From Nitrospirota bacterium (GTDB taxonomy: Bacteria > Nitrospirota > UBA9217): 64,000 nucleotides of DNA. The notes beneath the pieces were generated by a model. It did not search any database and was not told the DNA's origin. It saw only the letters and a program-made list of their open reading frames with translations. This document shows, one piece after another, positions 9,859 to 18,744 of the stretch. Both the position numbers and the translations under genes were made by a program. Positions within the stretch are counted from its first letter, which is position 1. The number at the start of each line of letters is the position of its first letter. The stretch covers positions 1,516 to 65,515 of the forward strand of contig JBBIMH010000017.1 of assembly GCA_037444505.1 (NCBI GenBank), in the 5' to 3' direction.

Positions 9859-11544
9859 CTATATCTCTCGATTTTCAAGCCTTTTGAGGCCTATTTTGAG
9901 AGGCAGTATTACTGCGATGAGATTGAGAGCGAGTACGAGAGAGAATGAAATAGCGATCCTGATCCAGCCTGCGACTGATATCCTGCTGCCCATCGTCTCC
10001 GCAGTGAATATGCGATATACAGGCCAGGCCTCGAGCACGATCACGAGACCGATGAATATCAGCGAAATGAGCATATACACGATTCCGCCGAATCCAGTCG
10101 GTATCTGCGCTGCGTTTTCATACCGGAAGCGCGGAAACGCCGCACCCATACCGACGCCGAGCGCGGTGATGCCGAAAGTCAGCATGAATATGCTCACTAC
10201 CGAGATCGTCATCATGAAGGGGGTGACCTTCAAGAAAATGTTGGACAAGATGATGAGAGCCTCTGCAAGGACTATGAGTGGTATGAGGCTGCTCCAGAAC
10301 TTCGCAGATAGAAAGTCTTTCAGTGGCAGGGGCGAGGAGCGTATGACCCAGAATGCCTCGCCCTCGAGGCTCACTGCCGGAAAGACGAATCTCACGGACA
10401 CGGCGGATACGATGAACCCGACGAGCCCGAGATTCAGAAATGATATCAGGTTCTGCAGAAAAAAGCTCGGCATCTGTGCCCTCTCGATAGGCAGCAGCCT
10501 GAAGCTGTATAAATAGACGAACATGAGCGCAAAGATGAGAAAGAGCTGGGACCACTGGGTGGTGTCCCTGAAGAAGAGCTTCAAGTCCTTCTCCGCCACG
10601 GTGCGCATCTTGCCGGGAAATGGACGGGACAAGAGTCTGAAAGTCATGTTTGCAATTATAGATCTCGAGATAGGCGCTTTCTTCCCCTCCTGCGAGCGCG
10701 ACCAGCCTGAATAGTATATCCTGCTGCAGATCCATTCCGTTGCAACGAATCCGAACAACGCCGTGCTCCAAAGCATGAGAAAATGGAACAGGTATCCGTC
10801 GGCGCCTCTGAGGAGGGGCGAGAGCGCATCCGCAGCCCAGGAGCTCGGAAGAAGCGGGGACAGGGGGGCGCGCATGGCGGTAAGATATTGTATAAGAGTC
10901 GGAAATGCGTCTGGGTCGACAAGCCTCTCCGGCCTCAGCAGCCGAAACAGTATATACAGTACCACGAAAGACAAGAGTCCCATAAGCACGAGTATGTCCT
11001 TTGCACGTCTGGCGGGAAAGGCATTCACAAGGAGCATGGTTATCGTGATGCCGACGGCTGCGGAGATCATCAAAAAAGGCGGCAGGGCGAGGAGCACGCC
11101 GATGTAGTAGGCAGAAGGCGCCTTGAATACAGCGCCGTATGCGATGAACACGGGGAGGCCGTACACCATCACCATCCATGAAGAATCCATCAATGTCTCA
11201 ATGAATTTGGACCTGAAGATTTCACTGGTTTCCAGCGGCGCTGAGAGCAGTATGAAAAGCTCATCGGAGAGGTAGAAGGTGGAAAGCGCCGTGACGATGT
11301 TGCTGAACAGGAGTATGGAGAAAAACGTAAGCATTATCATCGCGAGGAGCCTAAAGGCGAGGAGGTCGCCCAGGCCTTCGATGCCCCTGAAGTACGAGAG
11401 AACGCGGAAAGAGACGGTGTACATGAAGAGCCAGAAGAGGGCCGCCAGCAGGCCGAGCACGACCGTCCTTACGCCGTCGCCGGGCGCAAGCCTCGATATG
11501 CGGTTTTTGACCGCATAATATCTGGGGCGTAGAAGAAAGAACAT
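9859..11544 (-). CDS. Polytopic membrane protein, putative ABC-exporter permease
   Basis: 561 aa with 12 or more hydrophobic segments, lying in the same strand run as the ABC ATPase at 12466-13197. The start at 11544 (MFFLLRPRYY...) has TATAAT 6 nt upstream. Confidence 0.65.
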   Translation of the reverse strand: MFFLLRPRYYAVKNRISRLAPGDGVRTVVLGLLAALFWLFMYTVSFRVLSYFRGIEGLGDLLAFRLLAMIMLTFFSILLFSNIVTALSTFYLSDELFILLSAPLETSEIFRSKFIETLMDSSWMVMVYGLPVFIAYGAVFKAPSAYYIGVLLALPPFLMISAAVGITITMLLVNAFPARRAKDILVLMGLLSFVVLYILFRLLRPERLVDPDAFPTLIQYLTAMRAPLSPLLPSSWAADALSPLLRGADGYLFHFLMLWSTALFGFVATEWICSRIYYSGWSRSQEGKKAPISRSIIANMTFRLLSRPFPGKMRTVAEKDLKLFFRDTTQWSQLFLIFALMFVYLYSFRLLPIERAQMPSFFLQNLISFLNLGLVGFIVSAVSVRFVFPAVSLEGEAFWVIRSSPLPLKDFLSAKFWSSLIPLIVLAEALIILSNIFLKVTPFMMTISVVSIFMLTFGITALGVGMGAAFPRFRYENAAQIPTGFGGIVYMLISLIFIGLVIVLEAWPVYRIFTAETMGSRISVAGWIRIAISFSLVLALNLIAVILPLKIGLKRLENREI

Positions 11545-11696
11545 ATTGTAATTATACAATAGACAGCGGAGATCCTGCGACAAGCCGGCGGATTTTCTCT
11601 TGCATATCCTGGATTGCTCGATGGGCATGTAGACGGATTACGTAAAGGCTTGGATGAGGCCCGATGGATTTTTCCCATCTGTATCTTTGCAGACGA

Positions 11697-12431
11697 CTAC
11701 CAACCCTCTTCCAGACGCTCCGCGAGACGAAGCGGAAGGCCGGCCTTTACGATCTTATCTCCGCATGCCCTGATGTCGTACTCCACTCGGTAAAATGCCA
11801 CTGTCCGCTCCTTTGTATCATAGATGCAGAATGACGCCCTGGGGTCCCTGTCCCTGGGCTGGCCCACGCTGCCGGGATTTATGAGATATTTTTTATCGTC
11901 CCATATCAGGATGTGGTTCGATGCTTCTATTGCAATGACCCCCCGATAGAGACTGTATGCAGTCTTGACATGAGTATGGCCGAAGAAGCCGATCCTGGGT
12001 GCGCCCGGAAGCCCGTCGAGCATAGAGAAATTGTCCCTCACGTCCTGTATATCGAAGATATATCTGTCCGTATCGTGGATCGAGCCGTGGAAGATGAAAA
12101 AATCCTCGATCTCCATCTCGGATGGAAGGTGCTTGAGAAACTCGACGCCATCATAGGAAAGCCGCTCCCTGGTCCAGAGAATGGCCTCCTTTGCGAGCGG
12201 GCTGAAGTCATCCGGCTCTCTTTCACCCGACGCGACGACATCATGATTGCCTTTGATGCAGACCGCACCTTCGCTTTTTAATATATCCATCACTTCATTC
12301 GGATTCGCATTGTATCCGACGACGTCGCCGAGGCAGAGCATGCGGTCGGTTCTGAGCTGTCTTATCCTGAGCAGCACTGCGGTCAGCGCCTCGAGGTTAG
12401 AATGGATGTCCGAGAGTATTGCGTACCGCAT
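11697..12431 (-). CDS. Metallophosphoesterase (calcineurin-like, YfcE/MJ0936-type)
   Basis: Motifs SDIHSN, GDVVGY, GNHD and GHTH in the canonical order. Confidence 0.85.
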   Translation of the reverse strand: MRYAILSDIHSNLEALTAVLLRIRQLRTDRMLCLGDVVGYNANPNEVMDILKSEGAVCIKGNHDVVASGEREPDDFSPLAKEAILWTRERLSYDGVEFLKHLPSEMEIEDFFIFHGSIHDTDRYIFDIQDVRDNFSMLDGLPGAPRIGFFGHTHVKTAYSLYRGVIAIEASNHILIWDDKKYLINPGSVGQPRDRDPRASFCIYDTKERTVAFYRVEYDIRACGDKIVKAGLPLRLAERLEEGW

Positions 12432-12465
12432 TGGGATCGAATAATAACATCAAGACGGGCGAGAT

Positions 12466-13197
12466 TCACCGAGGGAATTCATATTCCTCTGTGAGCTTGA
12501 GGAATACAGGCTCGAGCCTGCCGCCCTGCATGCGCGCCATGCGGGCGAGGTCTTCTACGCTGCCGTCGGCGATGATTTCGCCCTTGTTGATGATGGCCAC
12601 CCTGTCGCACATCTGCTCCACAATCTCTAAGGTGTGCGTGGACATGAAGACAGTGACCCCTTTCTCCGCCAGGTCCCTGAAAATGTCCTTGACGAGCCTT
12701 GCGCCCCTGGGGTCCAGGCCTACCATAGGCTCATCCACTACGAGCACCTTGGGCTCATGCAGGAGGGCGGAGGCCATGACCAGCCGCTGCTTCATCCCGT
12801 GAGAGAAGTTTTCTACAAGCTCGCCGGCCCAGTCTTCGAGTCCGAACAGCTCCAGAAGACGCTTCGTGCGGCCGACCGCAGCCTGGACATCATACAGCCC
12901 GGCTATGAAACCCATGAACTCTTCTGCAGTCAGTTTGTCGTATATGAACGGTCTGTCTGGTATGAACCCTGTGACGGCCTTTGCCATGATGGGGTCTTTT
13001 ACCACGTCATGACCGCATATCTCGATGCTCCCTGCCGTGGGCATAAGAAGCCCCGCTATCATCTTGATGGTAGTGGTTTTTCCCGCTCCATTTGGTCCGA
13101 GGAAGCCGAAGACCTGACCCGGCGGGACCTCCAGGGTTATGTTGTTGACGGCTGTGAGTTTGCCGTAGACCTTGGTGAGATTGGTGAGTTTTATCAT
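12466..13197 (-). CDS. ABC transporter ATP-binding protein (ABC-2/DrrA-like)
   Basis: Walker A GPNGAGKTT, Q-loop, signature FSHGMKQRL and Walker B VLVVDEP. Confidence 0.93.
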   Translation of the reverse strand: MIKLTNLTKVYGKLTAVNNITLEVPPGQVFGFLGPNGAGKTTTIKMIAGLLMPTAGSIEICGHDVVKDPIMAKAVTGFIPDRPFIYDKLTAEEFMGFIAGLYDVQAAVGRTKRLLELFGLEDWAGELVENFSHGMKQRLVMASALLHEPKVLVVDEPMVGLDPRGARLVKDIFRDLAEKGVTVFMSTHTLEIVEQMCDRVAIINKGEIIADGSVEDLARMARMQGGRLEPVFLKLTEEYEFPR

Positions 13198-13286
13198 TTT
13201 GCTTTTTCCCCGAGAACGGAAACGAAAAACAGATAAATAGACCGGGCGCCTTCATGCAAACGCCTCCATCTGCGACCGGACGGAAT

Positions 13287-14771
13287 CTATCTGTAATCCA
13301 GCACATCCACCTTGAGTTTCCCTACGAGGCCGAGTATATCCGACTGGCGATCGAGGCCGCCAGTCACGAACCTGATGTGAGTGGCGTCCGCCGGAAACTG
13401 ATTGAATGTGGGATCCACAGGCATCCACCGCCCCAGCCATACCTCGGGCCAGGCATGATAGTAGAAACCGTCGTTCATGTAGACAATGCCCGCCGCTATT
13501 CTTGTCGGTATGCCGATTGATCGAGCGAACGCGGTATAGAGCACAGTATGCTCGTTGCAGTCTCCTGTGCGCTGGCTCAGCACCTCCAGGGCGCTCGGAA
13601 TGCTGACCACAGGCTGCTTCCTGATAGAATTATAGGCCCACTCCACCAGCATCCTCGCGGCCCGGACCGCGTCTCTCTCTCCGCCGATGATCCTCTTCGC
13701 CTGCTCCCTTATCCTCTTGTCGCTGCTCTGCACGAAGGCATTGGAAGAGAGGTGCTCGGCCATGTCCTTGCCGGCATATGGAAGTTGATAAGAGTCGACG
13801 GTGGGCTCCGTCGAGATCTCGATTACGTCATCTTTGATTGCCTGTCTGCCGCCCGTCAATTCGAATCTACCCAATGGAACGCCACTGAGCCTGGCCTTCA
13901 GATACACTGTCTTCGCCGGATCTTCTATCTTGCCGGATGGGATCATGGTAAGGCTTATGATATCCACCTTCGGCCCTTCCTTGTCGAGCTTCATCGCCTC
14001 CTGCATGGTTTCCTTGAACAGCACATATCCGAGCGGGCTTTCTTCTTTTATCGTCTCTCCCTCTTCCGTCATCCACGAAAATGCCTCCATCCCCTGGAAG
14101 CTCTCTTTTAGCCTATAAACTGCCTGCTCTCGGTCTCCGACCTTGATCTTCTCCTTAGATTCGATCTTGACGAACGCATCTTCTGTGCTCATTGTGGCGG
14201 GATTAAACATAGGGAATCTGTAACTCCTGCCCTGCTCCAGGCCGCGCAGAAGAAGAGCGGGCTTTATGCTCGGCGAGAGATACGGCTGCTCGGTCAGCCT
14301 TATACTCTCCTTTCTGATCTGGCCTGCTGTAGTGATGTCGAGCGTCAGCTCCTGTCCCACCACAGCGCCTTTTATATTCATATTAGTGAGCTCGGACTTC
14401 ATCGAAAAATCAAAATACTTGAGCAGGAAGTTCTTGGTCGCATAGCTGTTTATCTCGGTCCTTACGCGCTGCCTTGTATTGAGAACGAGGATATCGAGTT
14501 CGGACTCCTCACGGAGGCGATATGTATCCCCTTCTCTCATCACCTGGGTGTGGGCATAGCCGATCTTTCTGCCCTGCTGATAGATGCCGAACCATTCGTC
14601 TCCTGTACGCACGCCCTCTTCGCTCGCCGCATCGAGTGCGATGACGGATGCAGGCCTGATATACGTACGCTCTATGAGCAGCCCGAGCATTACGAGCCAG
14701 GAGACGACAATGCCGGCTTTGACGATGCTCCAGGGCCTCATATTGAACGGCTTACGGTCTCCGGTTTTCAT
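13287..14771 (-). CDS. Transglutaminase-like domain membrane protein
   Basis: N-terminal TM helix and a C-terminal transglutaminase core (TGDCNEHTVLYTAFARSIGIPTR...YHAWPEVW...VDPT, a Cys-His-Asp arrangement). Confidence 0.8.
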   Translation of the reverse strand: MKTGDRKPFNMRPWSIVKAGIVVSWLVMLGLLIERTYIRPASVIALDAASEEGVRTGDEWFGIYQQGRKIGYAHTQVMREGDTYRLREESELDILVLNTRQRVRTEINSYATKNFLLKYFDFSMKSELTNMNIKGAVVGQELTLDITTAGQIRKESIRLTEQPYLSPSIKPALLLRGLEQGRSYRFPMFNPATMSTEDAFVKIESKEKIKVGDREQAVYRLKESFQGMEAFSWMTEEGETIKEESPLGYVLFKETMQEAMKLDKEGPKVDIISLTMIPSGKIEDPAKTVYLKARLSGVPLGRFELTGGRQAIKDDVIEISTEPTVDSYQLPYAGKDMAEHLSSNAFVQSSDKRIREQAKRIIGGERDAVRAARMLVEWAYNSIRKQPVVSIPSALEVLSQRTGDCNEHTVLYTAFARSIGIPTRIAAGIVYMNDGFYYHAWPEVWLGRWMPVDPTFNQFPADATHIRFVTGGLDRQSDILGLVGKLKVDVLDYR

Positions 14772-14845
14772 GTCTTACACCTTGTTCCATTCCCGCCATC
14801 CGGTAAATTTCACTGCATATGCCTTTCTATAAACGACACAATTAT

Positions 14846-14875
14846 ATTATCCATTCATATGTCTGTATTTGTCAA
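14846..14875 (-). promoter_or_regulatory. Sigma-70-type promoter candidate for the transglutaminase/ABC operon
   Basis: On the minus strand: TTGACA (14870-14875), 18-nt spacer, GATAAT (14846-14851), about 75 nt upstream of ATG 14771. Confidence 0.35.
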
Positions 14876-14991
14876 GTGGGTTCGCCTGGATTAGATTAGA
14901 TTATGATAAAATTGAAAAAGGTCGCAATGGAAAAAAATAGATCGCAGGCGCAATGGAAAAAGGTAACCCTTCAAAAGACAGTATTTTTTTA

Positions 14992-15219
14992 GGCTCATTG
15001 CATATAAATGGTGAAAATCATAATTTCAGATAAGGCCCGGCAGGGCATGTCTTCATGACTTTTATAACGCGATGAATATTATATTTGTATATTGTGAATA
15101 TATAACCCTCGGCCTCATGGATCAGCGTTGTGTCTGTTATGCTGATTGCCGTCTAAGGTGTCGCTCTAAAAGGCATTCCGGCACACCCTGCCGGGCTGCA
15201 TCAAAAAACGTGATGAGCC
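14992..15219 (+). mobile_element. MITE copy 2 (228 bp)
   Basis: Termini are GGCTCATTGCA (left) and GGCTCATCACG (reverse complement of the right end). It shares the hairpin and ~90-nt core with copies 1 and 3. The flanks are T-rich and only imperfectly duplicated (TTTTTTTA vs TATTTTTC). Confidence 0.8.
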
Positions 15220-15304
15220 TATTTTTCTCTATCCTACGGTCAAAAGGCTTTTTACGAATACGCTGGGATCATCAAGCATCGCACGCTATTTCAAAGGAGC
15301 CTAT

Positions 15305-15775
15305 ATGAGACGATTCAGACCTGTGTTTCTCTGGACATGCCTGCTTATACTGTCCGTATATCACTTGTCTTGCAGCCGAACGACTGATGAGGACAGGATA
15401 AGGGATGAAATCAGAAAGATAGAAAAGTCGGTCGAGGACAAGAAGATCGCGCAGACGCTCAAATACATCTCGCGCGGCTACCGCGACCCGCAAGGATATG
15501 ACTATGACGGAATTAAAGGGCTTCTGCTCATGTATTTTTATCGTCATCAGCGCATATCAGTGTATATAACAGGGCTGGAGATCAGCTCCACCGGCGATTC
15601 CGCCGTTGCGACCTTCGAGGCGGTTCTTTCAGGTGCGAAGGACATCCAGTCTCCCTCGGACATCCTGCCGGAGGCAATGGGTATATACGGTTTCGAGGTG
15701 GGTTTCAAGAAGGAGGAGGGGGTATGGAAGATCACTTCTGCGAAGTGGGAGAGGCGCGCTCTATCAGCGCCTTGA
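15305..15775 (+). CDS. Hypothetical lipoprotein/secreted protein
   Basis: AAGGAG RBS and a signal peptide with Cys (LLILSVYHLSC). 156 aa, with no recognisable catalytic motif. Confidence 0.6.
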   Translation: MRRFRPVFLWTCLLILSVYHLSCSRTTDEDRIRDEIRKIEKSVEDKKIAQTLKYISRGYRDPQGYDYDGIKGLLLMYFYRHQRISVYITGLEISSTGDSAVATFEAVLSGAKDIQSPSDILPEAMGIYGFEVGFKKEEGVWKITSAKWERRALSAP

Positions 15776-16535
15776 TCTCCGGGATTGCGGTCGTAGCTGC
15801 CTTCCTGCCGCGTCTTATGAGCTCTTTCGCCTTGGACAGGTCATAGACGGCGATTCCCTTTGCATCGACGCGGATCACTTCATCGGCGAGCTTCGCCTCT
15901 TCGCGTGCATTTCTTGATGCATACAGCGCGGAGAGGTGAGCCGCGACCTTGAAGATATTGTCGAAGTCGTCGTACTCCACGGCCCTGTAGTTTACATCGA
16001 CTGCTACGACTATAGAGGCACCGAGCTCTTCCCTGACCGTCCGCACAGGTATCTGGCTCGAGACCCCGCCGTCCACGAGGAGCTTTCTGCCGATTTTGGT
16101 GGGCGTGAATATCACCGGCAGGCTGCAGCTCGCCTGGACGGCCTTCGCAATGGAGCCGGACATTATGCTCACCTTTTCGCCTGTCTTCAGATCTGTTGCG
16201 ACCGCTGCGAACGGTATGGGCATGGAAGAAAACTTCTTCACGGGAAGGTGCTCATCCATGAATTTATAGATGCCTTCGCTCGAGATGATCCCCATCTTGG
16301 GTATGGTGAGCTTGAATACATCCTTCCATCTGGACTTGAGGGCGATGCGCTTGATCTCCGAGAGGGACAGGCCAGCTGCATACAGTGCGCCGACCATGCT
16401 GCCGGCACTCGTGCCGGCGATTGCGTCTATGGGTATGCCTTCTTCCTCCATGACCTCGAGTACGCCGATATGCGCTATGCCGCGCACGACTCCGCCTGAG
16501 AGCGCAAGGCCGATGAGTGGTGACGTCGATGGCAT
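15732..16535 (-). CDS. Patatin-like phospholipase
   Basis: GGVVRG oxyanion motif, GTSAGS nucleophile elbow (GxSxG) and a DGG motif (LLVDGGVS). The start was chosen at MPSTSPLIGLALSGG. Confidence 0.85.
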   Translation of the reverse strand: MPSTSPLIGLALSGGVVRGIAHIGVLEVMEEEGIPIDAIAGTSAGSMVGALYAAGLSLSEIKRIALKSRWKDVFKLTIPKMGIISSEGIYKFMDEHLPVKKFSSMPIPFAAVATDLKTGEKVSIMSGSIAKAVQASCSLPVIFTPTKIGRKLLVDGGVSSQIPVRTVREELGASIVVAVDVNYRAVEYDDFDNIFKVAAHLSALYASRNAREEAKLADEVIRVDAKGIAVYDLSKAKELIRRGRKAATTAIPEIKALIERASPTSQK

Positions 16536-16567
16536 TTTATGCAGCGACCCGTCAGAAGTACCGGCGG

Positions 16568-17170
16568 TTATTTCGCGGAAATCTTTCTTAGGGCGTCTTT
16601 TGTATATGCAGCCAGGTCTTCGAATGCATAGAGGATGCACAGATATGTGGAAGAAGACTTCGGAGAGCACTCGCCAGTGACGAGCCTGTCTTCATGGGCT
16701 GTTGCAAATTCATTGGTCATGCGGATTACAGAGTCGCCTTCCTGCGAGGCTGCTGCGACCAATGCTGGCGTTCCGGTGACAAGGGCCTCCCCCGCCTTCT
16801 TGAGCATGTCCTTGGCCTTTGCTATCATCTGAGACGTTTCCTGATTGGCCTTGTCGCTGAATAGAAGGGCCTCTTTTATCTTGGTCCTCGTGTTGTCCGC
16901 TATCCTCTCGATGCTCGTGGCGGCCTTTTCCACGAGTGCCGGGATCGAAAGGAGCGAGCGGGCCTCGGGATCGGAGGCGGCCAATTTAGCAAGTGCAGCG
17001 GTCAGCTCGTCTTCCTTGGCGTGTATCTCGCGGCTGAGGTCCATTGCCTGGTCGAGCTGCTTCGTCATGTTTTTGGCGAATGCCTCCTCTGACAGCTCGA
17101 GCATCTGCTCCACCTTGTGCATCATGAGATACAGCCCTTTTTTTATCTCCTTGACGGTCTGCGCAGCCAT
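16568..17170 (-). CDS. Hypothetical all-helical protein (possibly PhoU/DUF47-like)
   Basis: 200 aa with helical heptad-like composition. Strong AAGGAGAG RBS before ATG 17170. The family assignment is uncertain. Confidence 0.5.
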   Translation of the reverse strand: MAAQTVKEIKKGLYLMMHKVEQMLELSEEAFAKNMTKQLDQAMDLSREIHAKEDELTAALAKLAASDPEARSLLSIPALVEKAATSIERIADNTRTKIKEALLFSDKANQETSQMIAKAKDMLKKAGEALVTGTPALVAAASQEGDSVIRMTNEFATAHEDRLVTGECSPKSSSTYLCILYAFEDLAAYTKDALRKISAK

Positions 17171-17476
17171 ATATCTCTCCTTGGTCTGTTCTGACAGCTC
17201 ACGATTTGAGCCCGTGTCCGGCGATTCGATACACAGCACTATATCAGAAAAAGCCCCTGCTTACATTTTAATTTTTTTAATATTGCTATTTTAAGGTCTT
17301 ATAGAAGCTGCATTGTATAACCGGATGAGGATTCGTTCGATTCATAGAATTGCACGGAATAAGTGTGTGAAACGATCTTCGAATGTGCCGTTGCATGCAG
17401 AAAGGCTTTTTCCTTGACATGTGCGCCATGAAGGTATAAGTTGGCCTTGTTCTAGCCGTTTTTTGCGGGGTGCGGG

Positions 17477-18742
17477 ATGCCTTTTTTCGCCAGTGAACTG
17501 TTCGTGAGCGAGGTATATAGGAAGCCTGTGCTCGACCAGACGGGCGAGGTTATAGGCAGGCTCAGGGACATCACCGTCTCTATGGGAGAGCCGTATCCTG
17601 CGATAAGCGGCCTTGTCATCGCCTCTGGAAGGAACATCTATACAATACCCTGGGAGTCTGTAAACCTCTTCAATCGAAGAGTCATCTCCATAAACGCATT
17701 GCGGCATAATCTCGTACCTTCTTCTCCGTCCGCCTCCTACATAATGATATTCAGGGACATGCTCGACAAACAGATAGTGGACATCGACGGCGCTAAGCTT
17801 GTCCGTGTCAACGACCTGAGGCTTGCGGACGTGAAGGGAAGCCTCTGCCTGGTTGCGGCGGATATAGGGCTCAGGGGGATACTGAGGCGGCTCGGCCTCG
17901 AGGCGCAGGGCGAGAGGCTCTTCTCTCTGTTCAGGATGAAACTGCCGCATAAGCTCATCGGATGGCACTATCTCCAGGCGGTGGAGCCCAAGGTCGCACG
18001 TCTTACACTCACTGTTTCGAGGCAGAAGGTGTCGCAGATGCACCCGGCGGATCTCGCCGAGATTATAAGCGAGGTCTCTTCTAAGGAGAGGGCCGCCCTG
18101 TTCGGCAGCCTCGATGTGGAGACCGCGGCTGAGGCGCTGCACGAACTCGAGCCGAGCGTACAGGCGGACATCATAGACGACATGACAAGGGAACGCGCCT
18201 CGGACATCCTGGAGCAGATGCCCCCGGACGAGGCGGCGGACGTACTCGGAGATCTGCCGAAGGAGAAGGCGGATGAGCTGATAAAGCTCATGGAAAAGGA
18301 AGAGGCTGAAGACGTACAGGAGCTACTCGAACACGAGGAAGACACGGCAGGAGGGCTCATGACCACCGAGTACCTCGCATTTCCGCCGGACATCACGGTC
18401 GAGGACGCCATAAAGGAGCTGAGGCTCGAGGCGCCTGACGTGGAGACCATATACTATCTCTATGTCGTTGACGATAATGAAAGGCCTGTGGGCGTACTCT
18501 CGCTCAAGAATCTCATACTCGCTCGGCCGCCGGATATGCTGAAGGACATCATGAAGACGCCCGTGAAGACCATTCCGCTCGATGCCGATAAGGATGATGT
18601 GGCCGAATTCATATCGAAGTACAATCTCTTGGCGGCGCCGGTGGTGGACGAGAACAATGTGCTGCGGGGTATTGTCACGGTGGACGACGTAGTGGACTTC
18701 CTCATGCCGCCTGCATCACGCAAGAAGCGCAGGAGGTTGTAG
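17477..18742 (+). CDS. Stand-alone MgtE-type cytosolic sensor protein (PRC-barrel + MgtE_N + tandem CBS), no membrane domain
   Basis: The N-terminal ~75 aa are PRC-barrel-like. An acidic MgtE_N helical region follows (HPADLAEIISEV...DEAADVLGDLPKEKADELI), then two CBS motifs. No TM segments. The stop lies 2 nt before the next gene. Confidence 0.85.
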   Translation: MPFFASELFVSEVYRKPVLDQTGEVIGRLRDITVSMGEPYPAISGLVIASGRNIYTIPWESVNLFNRRVISINALRHNLVPSSPSASYIMIFRDMLDKQIVDIDGAKLVRVNDLRLADVKGSLCLVAADIGLRGILRRLGLEAQGERLFSLFRMKLPHKLIGWHYLQAVEPKVARLTLTVSRQKVSQMHPADLAEIISEVSSKERAALFGSLDVETAAEALHELEPSVQADIIDDMTRERASDILEQMPPDEAADVLGDLPKEKADELIKLMEKEEAEDVQELLEHEEDTAGGLMTTEYLAFPPDITVEDAIKELRLEAPDVETIYYLYVVDDNERPVGVLSLKNLILARPPDMLKDIMKTPVKTIPLDADKDDVAEFISKYNLLAAPVVDENNVLRGIVTVDDVVDFLMPPASRKKRRRL

Positions 18743-18744
18743 CT

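Noticed and set aside
14889-14961. Short tandem motifs, (GATTA)x3 and two copies of CGCAATGGAAAAA
   Set aside because: Very short, AT-rich, low-complexity sequence in a promoter region. It has no spacer/repeat organisation and is too small to call a functional repeat.
15072-15308. 78-aa ORF (MNIIFVYCEYITLGLMDQRCVCYADC...) inside MITE copy 2, and its 238-aa counterpart at 22652-23368 starting inside copy 3
   Set aside because: The shared frame is interrupted by TAG in copy 1 (ATG TAT TAG at about 2943-2951). The ORFs run out of the element into unrelated flanking DNA, and the copy 3 ORF is antisense to the well-supported GNAT gene. The conservation is at the nucleotide and structure level, not the protein level.
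17240-17476. Possible M-box (Mg2+) riboswitch upstream of the MgtE_N-CBS/NRAMP-like pair
   Set aside because: I could not find the conserved M-box core sequences or its multi-helix organisation by eye. A covariance-model scan would be needed to exclude it formally.
17342-18142. 266-aa ORF antisense to the MgtE_N-CBS gene
   Set aside because: Arg/Pro/His-rich, low-complexity translation typical of the reverse strand of a GC-rich gene. It has no RBS, and the sense gene has clear domain content.
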